A DNA stretch of 64,000 nucleotides from Macrostomum hystrix (lineage: Eukaryota > Animalia > Platyhelminthes). A model generated the notes under the pieces. It saw nothing but the letters and a program-made list of their open reading frames with translations, was not told the DNA's origin and did not search any database. The translations under genes and the position numbers were made by a program. The DNA lies in NCBI GenBank assembly GCA_950097015.1, contig CATNEN010000037.1, positions 310,001 to 374,000 on the forward strand, read 5' to 3'. Below, piece by piece: positions 49,752 through 61,311 of the stretch (position 1 is the stretch's first letter; the number at the start of each line of letters is the position of its first letter).

Positions 49752-52535
49752 TCCCAGTCCTCACACTGATGTTCCTGTTGATGCCAGTGCTGCTGCTACC
49801 GCCAGTCCTCACACTGATGTTCCTGTTGATGCCAGTGCTGCTGCTACCGCCAGTCCTCACACTGATGTTCCTGTTGATGCCAGTGCTGCTGCTACCGCCA
49901 GTCCTCACACTGATGTTCCTGTTGATGCCAGTGCTGCTGCTATACCGCCAGTCCTCACACTGATGTTCCTGTTGATGCCAGTGCTGCTGCTATACCGCCA
50001 GTCCTCACACTGATGTTCCTGTTGATGCCAGTGCTGCTGCTACCGCCAGTCCTCACACTGATGTTCCTGTTGATGTCAGTGCTGCTGCTATACCGCCAGT
50101 CCTCACACTGATGTTCCTGTTGATGCAGTGCTGCTGCTATACCGCCAGTCCTCACACTGATGTTCCTGTTGATGCCAGTGCTGCTGCTACCGCCAGTCCT
50201 CACACTGATGTTCCTGTTGATGTCAGTGCTGCTGCTACCATCAGTCCTCACACTGATGTTCCTGTTGATGCCAGTGCTGCTGCTATACCGCCAGTCCTCA
50301 CACTGATGTTCCTGTTGATGCCAGTGCTGCTGCTACCGCCAGTCCTCACACTGATGTTCCTGTTGATGCCAGTGCTGCTGCTATACCGCCAGTCCTCACA
50401 CTGATGTTCCTGTTGATGCCAGTGCTGCTGCTATACCGCCAGTCCTCACACTGATGTTCCTGTTGATGCCAGTGCTGCTGCTACCGCCAGTCCTCACACT
50501 GATGTTCCTGTTGATGTCAGTGCTGCTGCTACCGCCAGTCCTCACACTGATGTTCCTGTTGATGCCAGTGCTGCTGCTACCGCCAGTCCTCACACTGATG
50601 TTCCTGTTGATGTCAGTGCTGCTGCTACCGCCAGTCCTCACACTGATGTTCCTGTTGATGCCAGTGCTGCTGCTACCGCCAGTCCTCACACTGATGTTCC
50701 TGTTGATGACAGTGCTGCTGCTATACCGCCAGTCCTCACACTGATGTCCCAGTTGATGCCAGTGCTGCTGCTATACCGCCAGTCCTCACACTGATGTTCC
50801 TGTTGATGCCAGTGCTGCTCCTATACCGCCAGTCCTCACACTGATGTTCCTGTTGATGCCAGTGCTGCTGCTACCGCCAGTCCTCACACTGATGTTCCTG
50901 TTGATGCCAGTGCTGCTGCTACCGTCAGTCCTCACACTGATGTTCCTGTTGATGCCAGTGCTGCTGCTACCGCCAGTCCTCACACTGATGTTCCTGTTGA
51001 TGCCAGTGCTGCTGCTACCGCCAGTCCTCACACTGATGTTCCTGTTGATGCCAGTGCTGCTGCTACCGCCAGTCCTCACACTGATGTTCCTGTTGATGCC
51101 AGTGCTGCTGCTACCGCCAGTCCTCACACTGATGTTCCTGTTGATGCCAGTGCTGCTGCTACCGCCAGTCCTCACACTGATGTTCCTGTTGATGTCAGTG
51201 CTGCTGCTATACCGCCAGTCCTCACACTGATGTTCCTGTTGATGCCAGTGCTGCTGCTACCGCCAGTCCTCACACTGATGTTCCTGTTGATGTCAGTGCT
51301 GCTGCTATACCGCCAGTCCTCACACTGATGTTCCAGTTGATGCCAGTGCTGCTGCTACCGCCAGTCCTCACACTGATGTTCCAGTTGATGCCAGTGCTGC
51401 TGCTACCGCCAGTCCTCACACTGATGTTCCTGTTGATGCCAGTGCTGCTGCTACCGCCAGTCCTCACACTGATGTCCCAGTTGATGCCAGTGCTGCTGCT
51501 ATACCGCCAGTCCTCACACTGATGTTCCTGTTGATGCCAGTGCTGCTCCTATACCGCCAGTCCTCACACTGATGTTCCTGTTGATGCCAGTGCTGCTGCT
51601 ACCGCCAGTCCTCACACTGATGTCCCAGTTGATGCCAGTGCTGCTGCTACCGCCAGTCCTCACACTGATGTCCCAGTTGATGCCAGTGCTGCTGCTACCG
51701 CCAGTCCTCACACTGATGTCCCAGTTGATGCCAGTGCTGCTGCTACCGCCAGTCCTCACACTGATGTTCCTGTTGATGCCAGTGCTGCTGCTACCGCCAG
51801 TCCTCACACTGATGTCCCAGTTGATGCCAGTGCTGCTGCTACCGCCAGTCCTCACACTGATGTCCCAGTTGATGCCAGTGCTGCTGCTACCGCCAGTCCT
51901 CACACTGATGTTCCTGTTGATGCCAGTGCTGCTGCTACCGCCAGTCCTCACACTGATGTTCCTGTTGATGCCAGTGCTGCTGCTACCGCCAGTCCTCACA
52001 CTGATGTCCCAGTTGATGCCAGTGCTGCTGCTACCGCCAGTCCTCACACTGATGTCCCAGTTGATGCCAGTGCTGCTGCTACCGCCAGTCCTCACACTGA
52101 TGTTCCTGTTGATGCCAGTGCTGCTGCTATACCGCCAGTCCTCACACTGATGTTCCTGTTGATGCCAGTGCTGCTGCTACCGCCAGTCCTCACACTGATG
52201 TTCCTGTTGATGTCAGTGCTGCTGCTACCGCCAGTCCTCACACTGATGTTCCTGTTGATGCCAGTGCTGCTGCTACCGTCAGTCCTCACACTGATGTTCC
52301 TGTTGATGCCAGTGCTGCTGCTACCGCCAGTCCTCACACTGATGTCCCAGTTGATGCCAGTGCTGCTGCTACAGCCAGTCCTCACACTGATGTCCCAGTT
52401 GATGCCAGTACTGCTGCTACCGCCAGTCCTCACACTGATGTCCCAGTTGATGCCAGTGCTGCTGCTACAGCCAGTCCTCACACTGATGTCCCAGTTGATG
52501 CCAGTACTGCTGCTACCGCCAGTCCTCACACTGAC
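49752..52535. repeat. 48/50-bp minisatellite, about 57 copies, in DGK intron
   Basis: Unit CACACTGATGTTCCTGTTGATGCCAGTGCTGCTGCTA(TA)CCGCCAGTCCT. Confidence 0.97.
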
Positions 52536-54034
52536 GTTCCTCTGGCATTGTACGAGTATTTTCAAAGAAATCTTTCAGACAAGCATATTTTATGCAAAAT
52601 CTTGATAGCTTACGGATGTTCCCCAGGTTCCAAGCCTGATCATGCCAGACCAAGTCGATAAAGTTGTTTGGATTACAATGAAGTGAACAACAAACCGATA
52701 ACAAAGTCCTCCCAATTACTGTGCATTGCTAAGACCTGTTTTTAATTAATTGATCCATTAAAGTGCATCGCAGAGTGCCTCTAGGGTGGATTCCTTTTGT
52801 TGGACTCCAAGACCACAAATATTGAGAATGTGAGATAGACAGATGCAGACTACAGCCAAGAGATGAAAAACGTACAGAGAAAAAAGGTGAATGAGACTGA
52901 GCGGCAAAAAAGCTTAGGTGTGGTCCTGGCTCAGGTCGACTCCGCTTACATGTGCCGGGATTGATGGCCATTTCCAAGCGTCTTCACTCGGCAACCGCTA
53001 AGGGGAACAAGGGGAAACGAGCCAAACAGAGCTGCTGCTCTGCTTTGCAATCCTCTCTCTGCTCTCCCCACCCACTGGTCGCCCACCCGTTCAGTTTTTC
53101 CTCATCTCCAATCGTCCCGACGTCGTGCCAAACGAGGCGGCATTCTCTCCCTCCACCCAAGATGCCCAGCTTGGTTCGAAAGTAATCCCGATGCAAAACA
53201 CTTGAAGGATGCAGTGCCGCTAATGCTTTACAACGGGGAACTTCCGTTGGCGCTTCCCTCCCTCTCTGAGCCCGTTTTGGAACAGGTTCGGCGGAGCAAT
53301 TCTCACCCTCTCCTTAATCCATGGGGAAAAATTCTCTGGGGATGCTTGCGGGCCCAACGGATTTGAGGCCTGGATTAGCGAGTCTGTTGGATGATTGCTG
53401 CGCTCGGGCGAGCATTTTTCATCCCATATTTACGTTTGCCAATAAAACTTTCCTCGTTTTCCTCAATTTGCTCACTTCTCTCCCATGCAGTAAGCCCTAT
53501 CCAATTTTCTCAGTGGTTCCCAATCTCACCCCACTGCCTCACCCCAGCGGATCGTAATCTCATTTCGACTTTTGTCTCACAGTTACCATTTACTTTTCAT
53601 TCTCTCTCACCAAATCTCATTCTCAACTTACTCAATCTCACTCTTAATTCCCTTCCGTGGTCCCATTTTCACCAAGGGAGTCTCTCTGTTAGACATTTAA
53701 ACAGAGAGACTTTTGTCGTACTATCTTTAACGTACGCGTGAATCTATTCAAATATCAGATTTCATTTTTTAATGTTCGAAATATTAGCCTTTGAATAAAA
53801 ATTCTGTGTTCTGTGTTCGACGGAAAAATTCTAGACTAATTCAAGAAATATTTTTGTTAAACTACGAGCAATGGACTGTTGTTTACTACCAACAATAACA
53901 AAAAACACTTCAGCACTTTGACTAAATGCACAAAATTATTATAATTCTAATCAGTTCTACCAATTATAGGTAGTATATTTTCTCTTTGTTTCTCTAGCTC
54001 GTATAATTGAATAACATAATGCCTTAGGTACTTT

Positions 54035-54250
54035 AGGGGGGCCTCTCGCACCAAGGTCCCTGAGCTCGATTCCGCGGCGAGTACATTAATTTGGGGCGCA
54101 GCCGCGGAAAGAAGGCTTGGAGCCAACCTGCAAGGCCCAGTGAAAGTGTGAACTGCCTGACGATGAGAAATCTGCGTATATGTGTACCTATGTGTTCAAG
54201 AGTCAGCGGAATGGGCAAAATTGCCACCTCGCTGGCTGCGGGTCTACTCT
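54035..54250 (+). mobile_element. tRNA-derived SINE, internally deleted copy
   Basis: GAGCTCGATTCCGCGGCGAG head remnant, CTGACGATGAGAAA, and tail GAGTCAGCGGAATGGGC...CCTCGCTGGCTGCGGGTC. Confidence 0.8.
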
Positions 54251-54489
54251 ACTGTCAACTGCTAATGTGTGTGTGCTTAAAGCCCTCTTGCGAGTAACAA
54301 TATTATTGATATTCTATCTTCCTCATAGGAAAATTAGCCAAATTTAACCAAAACACACTAGAGAACTTAGTCATACATTCTAACAGGCAGATTTGTTATT
54401 GCTTCAAAATAACATCCAAAACTTGGCTAAATACCAATTGCACTTTTATCATAAGACGAGTAAATTTCTGACTCGCCAATTTTTTTCAG

Positions 54490-54676
54490 GCGTGCCTTCG
54501 CACTGGCCTCGGCAGCTTCGGAGACAACCGCGGCTTCTGCAGCGACTGCCGACAGTCAACGAGAGCGGCGTCGTCGGCAGAGGCAGAAAAGTCGCCAGTC
54601 GCTGACCGGAGCGCTTCCTCCGGAAGCGAGATTCGAAGTCGATCTGAACGAATGGAAGTCTCACGTGGACTGGAGT
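54490..54676 (+). CDS. dgkz (rdgA): Diacylglycerol kinase type IV (zeta/rdgA-like), exon 2
   Basis: TTTTTTTCAG|G acceptor; reads RAF...NEWKSHVDWS|GTGAGT, matching the VDWS motif preceding C1A in DGK-zeta. Confidence 0.8.
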
Positions 54677-55065
54677 GTGAGTGACGGACTGCTGTTTGCC
54701 GATTCTCGCCATAGTGATGATGAGCTGTGAAGTACCAATGCAGCAATGTTACCTGTGCCAAAAAATCTATAGTTAAAAGTATTCGGCGCAATCCGATACC
54801 TAAATTATTTAACAACTGTAGCCAAAGCTAATTTGCCTTTTCAGATGATTAGTATATAATGACCCCACTGGGAGCAGTTGTACAGTACTCAACGCGCGTA
54901 AAAAGGACTAGCTCTTATCGGTATAACAAAGATACAACAATGATATCTCGCTTTCCGCGTTAAAAAATATTTTTAGTTCGAATTTTCATCGTTAGATATC
55001 AAAAGCTTGTTCTACAGGGCCTGTCATCTGAAATAGTATTTGACAGCGCTCCAGACACGATGACT

Positions 55066-55476
55066 TCAAATTCTCTTGTAGCGCCTCACGCAGGTAACTC
55101 CTTTGCACTCGAGAGTCATAACAAAGCCTTGTCCATCTGGATCCAGCTGCCGTGTCATGGTGACGTCTGGAGTGCCCTTCTGCCTGTGCACCAGTTTATC
55201 AGCGGTTTCCATGGTAACCAGCGAACGCGCCTGCCTACCGTCCGCCGTAGTCTCGTCAAACTCTTGGTCCAGAGTGAAACTCAGCTCGATTGTCTTCAGT
55301 GTTGTTGTTGTCACGATTGTGTAGCGACCATCACCATGGCAACGAATGTCCTGCACAGGGGTGGCTGACGCGGCAGCCTTTCGCACCAGAAAGCTGGTAC
55401 CCAGGGCCTTCATGTAGGCGTCGAAATTCTCCGAACTGGTCATCTGCCACTTGCCTTCGAATCCACTAGAGGTCAT
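55066..55476 (-). CDS. fabp: Fatty acid-binding protein (136 aa), intronless, nested in DGK intron
   Basis: FEGKWQMTSSENFDAYMKALG, EFDETTADGR, C-terminal CVRRYKR (R-x-Y ligand motif). Confidence 0.93.
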   Translation of the reverse strand: MTSSGFEGKWQMTSSENFDAYMKALGTSFLVRKAAASATPVQDIRCHGDGRYTIVTTTTLKTIELSFTLDQEFDETTADGRQARSLVTMETADKLVHRQKGTPDVTMTRQLDPDGQGFVMTLECKGVTCVRRYKRI

Positions 55477-55855
55477 GATGAACTGTTTTGTGGCTGCCTC
55501 TGCTGTAACTGCAGTAGTTAGTCACGAGGCAATGAACTGAATAGATTTTAGAACACCGGCGTGCAAATCTGCATTGCATAGCGCAGTCAATTTATCACTG
55601 TTGCTCTGTTCATGCAACCCTTTTGCTGCGGCAACGTTTCACCAAAAAATGATTCGATCGTTTCTGACGGCTTGATAAGAAACTTACTTTCCAATCGCCA
55701 GGCAAGATAGCAAGATAGGTGTTTTTAGTGTCAGGTACAACTTCAGGCCATTCATTCTCACGAAAGCTTCTTTTGCACTTTGGAATTGGCCGATGAGGGA
55801 GGGGCGTTATAGACGTATGCAGGAATCGCTGACAACAACCAAACTGCCGTTGCAG

Positions 55856-55939
55856 TCTGCGGCCCAGCCAGGTGAGCATGTCTGGCTGGACAGGGGCTCC
55901 GGAGGCGACCCGTGTTACGTCGGAGACTCGGAGTGCTGT
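55856..55939 (+). CDS. dgkz (rdgA): DGK type IV, exon 3 (C1A start)
   Basis: TTGCAG|SAAQPGEHVWLDRGSGGDPCYVGDSECC|GTGAGT, phase 0/0. Confidence 0.85.
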
Positions 55940-56015
55940 GTGAGTGCTTTAGAAAATGACTCTTGAGGGTACTATCCATCACAGCAACCAATAGCACACA
56001 AAATTCCATTTTCAG

Positions 56016-56090
56016 AAATCCGGCAGCAAGAAGAAGTGTGCAGTCTGTAAAATCGTACTACACATGGGTTGTGCACCCGTGCTTGAAAAG
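56016..56090 (+). CDS. dgkz (rdgA): DGK type IV, exon 4 (C1A)
   Basis: TTTTCAG|KSGSKKKCAVCKIVLHMGCAPVLEK|GTGAGC, phase 0/0. Confidence 0.88.
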
Positions 56091-56602
56091 GTGAGCTTTG
56101 AGACGGAGCTGTTGGGGCAATAGTGACGTTTATCAAACAACAATTGTCTGATTGCCAAAAAACTGCCTAATGAGTCAGACCCAGCAATAAATGTTCCAAA
56201 GAAAATGGTCCTTTATTTTTTATCAATCGGTGTTTAGCAGATGCTATTTTGAGAGCATCAAGCATTTGGCAGTCTCAACGCTTTCATATTTTAACTTTCT
56301 GAGCTCTCGTTTATTAATGAAGCGAAAAAAATGTCCTAGATTAAACAACCAAAATCGCGCTAAACAAACTTTGTTTCAATCTGAATCGAACAAATATTGA
56401 ATTTGTTAGATGAAAGCAAGCTTTAGTTTCATCTGAGATGGTACTTGTAGCCGTGAGAGTTCTGTCATCTGATAGTTGAGTTCCGTTGGTTTTTTGCTTG
56501 ATTTCGTCTACTTAAATTTGAATACTTTAAGTTCACGTCTCTAACAAAAGCTTTTGTTTGAATAGGTTATTTTGTTCATTCTCATGTGACTCAGTTAACA
56601 TC

Positions 56603-57212
56603 TGGTCCAGCTTGTCTCCCAGCCTCCAGTCTAGCTTGTCTCCCAGCCTCCAGTCCAGCTTGTCTCCCAGCTTCCAGTCTAGCTTGTCTCCCAGCCTCCA
56701 GTCTAGCTTGTCTCCCAGCCTCCAGTCTAGCTTGTCTCCCAGCCTCCAGTCCAGCTTGTCTCCCAGCCTCCAGTCTAGCTTGTCTCCCAGCCTCCAGACC
56801 AGCTTGTCTCCCAGCTTCCAGTCCAGCTTGTCTGCCAGCTTCCAGTCTAGCTTGTCTCCCAGCTTCCAGTCTAGCTTGTCTCCCAGCCTCCAGTCCAGCT
56901 TGTCTCCCAGCTTCCAGTCTAGCCTGTCTCCCAGCCTCCAGTCTAGCTTGTCTCCCAGCCTGCAGTCCAGCTTGTCTCCCAGCCTCCAGTCCAGCTTGTC
57001 TCCCAGCCTCCAGTCTAGCTTGTCTCCCAGCCTCCAGTCCAGCTTGTCTCCCAGCTTCCAGTCCAGCTTGTCTCCCAGCTTCCAGTCCAGCTTGTCTCCC
57101 AGCTTCCAGTCCAGCTTGTCTCCCAGCTCCCAGTCCAGCTTGTCTCCCAGCCTCCAGTCCAGCTTGTCTCCCAGCTCGCAGTCCAGCTTGTCTCCCAGCC
57201 TCCAGTCCAGCT
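56603..57212. repeat. 24-bp minisatellite, about 25 copies
   Basis: Unit T(C/T)CAGCTTGTCTCCCAGC(C/T)TCCAG. Confidence 0.95.
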
Positions 57213-57842
57213 TTTGTTCCAACCCTTTCTCCTTCCTGTATCAGCTCTCTGCATATTTTTCAAAGAGAGTTGTTTTTTCATAAGGTACTGTGACTATGAA
57301 AGTTTTCTAAAAAATCCTAGTGGCATCCCCACTTAGCCTCCTGGTTGCATCTGCGTAGCTCACTCAAACTCTCTCTGACTTTCCTAGCCTAGCTACTGAG
57401 CTTCAAGCTTTGCCATAACCCCCTGCCCTCGTCGTGTACCGAGCACTCCCTGCCCCTTAAGGTCCCTATCGTCCCTTCGTAAGTCCTAAGCCTCCCTAAC
57501 GCTACCTGGGGCAGATCGCATCTACGCGGATCCAGCCCTTTTCCTGTCCTGTGCTAGTGGATAAGACTCACAAGGTTGGCCTCTCTAAATTGCCAGCTTG
57601 TGTTTCCACTTCAGCACACGGAGTTATGAGACTGCGCCCCTGCCAGCTCTAGACTTCATCTATAGTTAACAATCTGCCTTTTCCATTTTTCGCTCTCTTT
57701 ATCGATCTCTGCATCCTTACCTGGGTGTGGAATATTCAGTTTCACAGGTGTCTGCTGGGTATCTGATGATGAGCTATGAATGATTTTTAATTGTTATAAG
57801 CCCTTTTAGGCGAAATTTGGATTCACATTGTGAATGGGAAAA

Positions 57843-59040
57843 ATCTGCAGTCTATGGGAATTTCTGGAGGGAAGCTTGTTCCACAGTGGCAGTCTATGGG
57901 ATTTTCTGGAGGGAAGCTTGTTCCACAGTGGCAGTCTGGGAATTTCTGGAGGGAAGCTTTCCCAAAGTTGCAGTCTATGGGAATTTCTGAAGGGAAGGTT
58001 GTCCGACAGTGGCAGTCTATGGGAATTTCTGAAGGGAAGCTTGTTCCAAAGTGGTAGTCTATGGGATTTTCTGGAGGGAAGCTTGTTCCACAGTGGCAGT
58101 CTATGGGAATTTCTGGAGGGAAGCTTGTTCCACAGTGGCAGTCTATGGGATTTTCTGGAGGGAAGCTTGTTCCACAGTGGCAGTCTGGGAATTTCTGGAG
58201 GGAAGCTTTCCCAAAGTTGCAGTCTATGGGAATTTCTGAAGGGAAGGTTGTCCGACAGTGGCAGTCTATGGGAATTTCTGAAGGGAAGCTTGTTCCAAAG
58301 TGGTAGTCTATGGGATTTTCTGGAGGGAAGCTTGTTCCACAGTGGCAGTCTATGGGAATTTCTGGAGGGAAGCTTGTTCCACAGTGGCAGTCTATGGGAT
58401 TTTCTGGAGGGAAGCTTGTTCCACAGTGGCAGTCTGGGAATTTCTGGAGGGAAGCTTTCCCAAAGTTGCAGTCTATGGGAATTTCTGAAGGGAAGGTTGT
58501 CCGACAGTGGCAGTCTATGGGAATTTCTGAAGGGAAGCTTGTTCCAAAGTGGTAGTCTATGGGATTTTCTGGAGGGAAGCTTGTTCCACAGTGGCAGTCT
58601 ATGGGAATTTCTGGAGGGAAGCTTGTTCCACAGTGGCAGTCTATGGGATTTTCTGGAGGGAAGCTTGTTCCACAGTGGCAGTCTATGGGATTTTCTGGAG
58701 GGAAGCTTGTTCCACAGTGGCAGTCTATGGGAATTTCTGGAGGGAAGCTTGTTCCACAGTGGCAGTCTATGGGAATTTCTGGAGGGAAGCTTGTTCCACA
58801 GTGGCAGTCTGGGAATTTCTGGAGGGAAGCTTGTTCCAAAGTGGCAGTCTATGGGAATTTCTGGAGGGAGCTTTCCCAAAGTTGCAGTCTATGGGAATTT
58901 CTGAAGGGAAGGTTGTCCGACAGTGGCAGTCTATGGGAATTTCTGAAGGGAAGCTTGTTCCAAAGTGGCAGTCTATAGGATTTTCTGGAGGGAAGCTTGT
59001 TCCACAGTGGCAGTCTATGGGAATTTCTGGAGGAAGCTTG
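57843..59040. repeat. 40-42-bp minisatellite (about 29 monomers) with a 249-bp higher-order period
   Basis: Monomer GGCAGTCTATGGGAATTTCTGGAGGGAAGCTTGTTCCACAGT; identical ORF peptides recur at 58051/58300/58549 and 58061/58310/58559. Confidence 0.95.
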
Positions 59041-59092
59041 TCCCACACTTGCAATCTGCTCACCAGTCTAGTTAGATTTATAATTATTTCAG

Positions 59093-59182
59093 ATGGCATT
59101 CCGCTGCAAACTGACATTCCGAGATGCGGTGCCTGCGATGGCTGGACAATCTGCAATACCCGGAGCAGCTTCACCAGATGAA
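59093..59182 (+). CDS. dgkz (rdgA): DGK type IV, exon 5 (end of C1A and linker)
   Basis: TATTTCAG|MAFRCKLTFRDA...SPDE|GTGAGC, phase 0/0; FRCK motif. Confidence 0.85.
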
Positions 59183-59249
59183 GTGAGCGTTAGTGAAATT
59201 GCGAATAAGCATTTGAACTAAAGATTTCGCTATGTTTAGAAATTATGTC

Positions 59250-60310
59250 TGTCGTCTAGTCTCAAAAATCTCTCATCTAGTCTCTAAGATCTGTCATCTA
59301 GTCTCTAAGATCTGTCATCTAGTCTCTAAGATCTGTCATCTAGACTCTAAGATCAGTCATCTAGACTCTAAGATCTGTCATTTAATCTCTAAGGTCTGTC
59401 ATCTAGACTCTAAGATCAGTAATCTAGTCTCTAAGGTCTGTCATCTAGTCTCTAAGATCTGTCATCTAGACTCTAAGATCTGTCATCTAGACTCTAAGAT
59501 CTGTCATCTAGTCTCTAAGGTCTGTCATCTAGTCTCTAAGGTCTGTCATCTAGACTCTAAGATCTGTCATCTAGACTCTAAGATCTGTCATCTAGTCTCT
59601 AAGATCTGTCATCTAGTCTCTAAGGTCTGTCATCTAGTCTCTAAGATCTGTCATCTAGACTCTAAGATCTGTCATCTAGACTCTAAGATCTGTCATCTAG
59701 TCTCTAAGTTCTGTCATCTAGTCTCTAAGGTCTGTCATCTAGACTCTAAGATCTGTCATCTAGACTCTAAGATCTGTCATCTAGTCTCTAAGATCTGTCA
59801 TCTAGACTCTAAGATCAGTCATCTAGTCTCTAAGGTCTGTCATCTAGTCTCTAAGATCTGTCATCTAGACTCTAAGATCAGTCATCTAGACTCTAAGATC
59901 TGTCATCTAGACTCTAAGATCTGTCATCTAGTCTCTAAGGTCTGTCATCTAGACTCTAAGATCTGTCATCTAGACTCTAAGATCTGTCATCTAGTCTCTA
60001 AGGTCTGTCATCTAGTCTCTAAGGTCTGTCATCTAGACTCTAAGATCTGTCATCTAGACTCTAAGATCTGTCATCTAGACTCGAAGGTCTGTCATCTAGT
60101 CTCTAAGATCTGTCATCTAGACTCTAAGATCTGTCATCTAGTCTCTAAGGTCTGTCATCTAGTCTCTAAGGTCTGTCATCTAGTCTCTAAGGTCAGTCAT
60201 CTAGTCTCTGAGGTCTGTCATCTAGTCTCTAAGGTCTGTCATCTAGTCTCTAAGGTCTGTCATCTAGTCTCTAAGGTCTGTCATCTAGCCTCTAAGATCT
60301 GTCATCTAGT
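59250..60310. repeat. 21-bp minisatellite, about 50 copies
   Basis: Unit CTAG(T/A)CTCTAAG(A/G)TCTGTCAT. Confidence 0.97.
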
Positions 60311-60332
60311 CATCGCAAAACGATGCCCGCAG

Positions 60333-60398
60333 GTTCTTGCGCGGCATCACTGGGTGCATCGCCGTCGGCCAACGGGAAAGTGCAAGTCCTGCAGCAAG
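60333..60398 (+). CDS. dgkz (rdgA): DGK type IV, exon 6 (C1B start)
   Basis: CCCGCAG|VLARHHWVHRRRPTGKCKSCSK|GTGAGT, phase 0/0. Confidence 0.88.
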
Positions 60399-61311
60399 GT
60401 GAGTGGGGTGTGAGGATATTTTAGCTGAGTGAAAACTTGCAGCCCAATGGGCTAAAGTTGATTAGCCGATACACCTTGGCAGTCCCAGAGGGTGCCCTGC
60501 TTATCTGTTCGCCCATCCCCAAAGGGAGATGAAGGGCGCCTTGTGCGCTAGCCATGTGATGAGAAGGCAGATACACAGAGGAGCACAGACAGGACACGCT
60601 GAGGCTAAGGGGATTTCAGTGGCAGCGGTGAGGAATAGATTGGCGATGGCAAAGCGAGTCGAGGTGAGGGCGCGGGGCAGGTCGCAAGCCACAGAGGCAC
60701 CGCTTCAAACAGAAATCCCAATTCCCAGCAGCATTTCCCTTTCTGCCTATCCTCCCCCTGCTACTCAGGAGGGGTGGTTAGCGAAGGGCCTCTCAGCTCG
60801 AATTAAGCTTGAACAAAGTTGAAGTCCCACTCGACTGTGAGACAGTTTCGTTAGCGGGTAGACGAGGATTTATAAGTCTCCTTTGAGCATGATTCTAGGG
60901 ACAAAGTTTCTGAGATGATGGACTCGCAGCAAGGTGGGACGCGGGATTCGCGAAAGTGGATACTCTCGGGATTCTGTATTTATTTCGTCAGGGACGTCTT
61001 GAGCAAGCCTGAAGCACATGAGGTTGGGTTGGCGCGTCAGTTCTCACATTGCTCGGCCCTATAAATTTTGTCTTACCTCCACATTATCAGGTGAAGATCG
61101 GGGCATAATGAAAATTTGGAATTGGCCTAGGTGAAAGGAGAGTAGCTAATGATAGAAATGTGGGTTAATGGTAAGAAAGAAGGTGAACGGTCGGACAATA
61201 GGTGAATGGTAGGACAATTATTAAATGGAAGGACAATTAGTGAATGGTAGGTTGATTGGCGAATGGTAAGACAGCGAGTGACTTGTTAGGGTAGTGGGTG
61301 AGAGTGTGTGA

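Noticed and set aside
49715-52605. Mucin-like or membrane-protein ORFs
   Set aside because: Frames switch at every 50-bp variant of the 48-bp monomer; lies within a DGK intron.
56533-58978. Long repeat ORFs (LGDKLDWR, SSLSPSLQ, DCHCGTSFPPE)
   Set aside because: Multiple frames on both strands are open simultaneously, as expected for stop-poor monomers; no splice or start context supports them.
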